Positions 63,060 to 64,000 of a stretch of 64,000 bases of DNA are shown in pieces. The stretch covers positions 21,638,001 to 21,702,000 of the forward strand of contig CM120642.1 in NCBI GenBank assembly GCA_051362555.1, in the 5' to 3' direction. A program made the translations under genes and the position numbers. The stretch's first letter is position 1. Each line of letters starts with the position of its first letter. This DNA is from Lingula anatina. Lineage: Eukaryota > Animalia > Brachiopoda. The notes under the pieces were generated by a model. It saw nothing but the letters and a program-made list of their open reading frames with translations, ran no database searches and was not told the origin of the DNA.

Positions 63060-64000
63060 AATAATGGGGGTAGGGGAAGAAAATTATCTATAATTTGCAA
63101 TTTAAATAAGATATAAGAATGGTTTATATATCATTATGTAGGTAAAAGGTTGCTCTAAAAATACAAGTAATAAAAGTTATGTAATACTGAACCATGTCTA
63201 AGTAAAATGGTGTCAAAGGTCAAATGAGGTCAAATTTGAGAAATTTTCAGAAAAATAAAGCAATAAAGTTTATCTGTATAGAGAATGTGAGCCAACAACA
63301 TACTTTGAAGGGTATATTTGATAAATCCCATCTATATTACAAATAGTTAATGGTCATTTGTGACTTAGTTTTACAGTTTGTGATAATTATGATGGATATG
63401 ATTAGCGTATGGGGGTATCAGTTAAATTTCAGATCGGTGGGGGTAGGGGAAGAAAATCACTCATAACTTGAAATTTAAGTAAGATATAACAATGATTTAT
63501 ATATCATTGTATAGCTTAAGCCTTGTTCTAAAAACATAAGTAATAAAAATTATGTAATGCTAAACCATAATGGAGTAAATGGGGTCAAAGGTCAAATGAG
63601 GTCAAATTTAAGAAATTTTCAGGAAAATAAGCCAATATAGTTTACTTATTTAGAGGATTAGAGCCCACAGTACATTTTAGAGTATTTTGTGTAAGTTCCA
63701 TCAATTAAGCAAATGCAAAATGGTCTATTGGTATTTAATTTTACAGTTTGTGGAAATTATAATGGATTAGGATAGGATTGATTAACATATGGGTACTGAC
63801 ACTATCAGTTCAGTTTCAGAACAATGGGGGTTGGGGAAGAAAATCACCCATAACCTAAAATTTAAGTTACATATAACAATGATTTGTATATTATGCATAT
63901 CTAAAGCATTGCTCTAAACAAAAAAGTAATAAAAGTTATGTAATACTGAAACATCTCAAAGTAAAAGGGGGTCATATAAGGTCAAATGAGGTCAAATTTG
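63060..64000. repeat. Diverged ~375-390-bp tandem repeat, running off window end
   Basis: ggggt.ggggaagaaaat...gtaataaaa.ttatgtaat...aaggtcaaatgaggtcaaattt recurs at ~63066, 63439 and 63826. Confidence 0.8.

Overview
AT-rich eukaryotic (invertebrate-like) genomic DNA, with GT-AG introns, microsatellites and many transposons. About 849-50357 (+) holds a giant gene of more than 35 exons whose 5' end lies outside the window. It encodes a type-I membrane protein: bark beetle/Anakonda-like SRCR/CUB/parallel beta-helix repeats, chitin-binding type 2, C-type lectin, EGF, PSI, an unassigned and Cys-rich region, partial VWD, EGF repeats, two cadherin repeats, a Thr-rich stalk, a TM helix and a short tail. 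This copy looks dead. A Tc1 (DD34E) element and a full-length, ORF-intact L1/Tx1-type LINE each sit inside an exon, and there are several in-frame stops and frameshifts. Two introns carry large Helentron-associated non-autonomous elements (HINE/DINE-1 architecture) with internal ~162-bp satellite arrays. The most notable signal is an 8.6-kb block inserted cleanly into one HINE. It consists of two further HINEs flanking ~2.9 kb of foreign DNA that contains an intact, spliceable WIP/verprolin exon, which suggests a composite, gene-fragment-capturing Helentron. Other signals are a hammerhead-ribozyme-like motif between (TA)n tracts, a minisatellite made of an exon end plus splice donor, a TIR insertion with no TSD, a 935-bp foldback element with an 8-bp TSD, and several MITEs. 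All coordinates and domain calls were read by eye; no searches were run.
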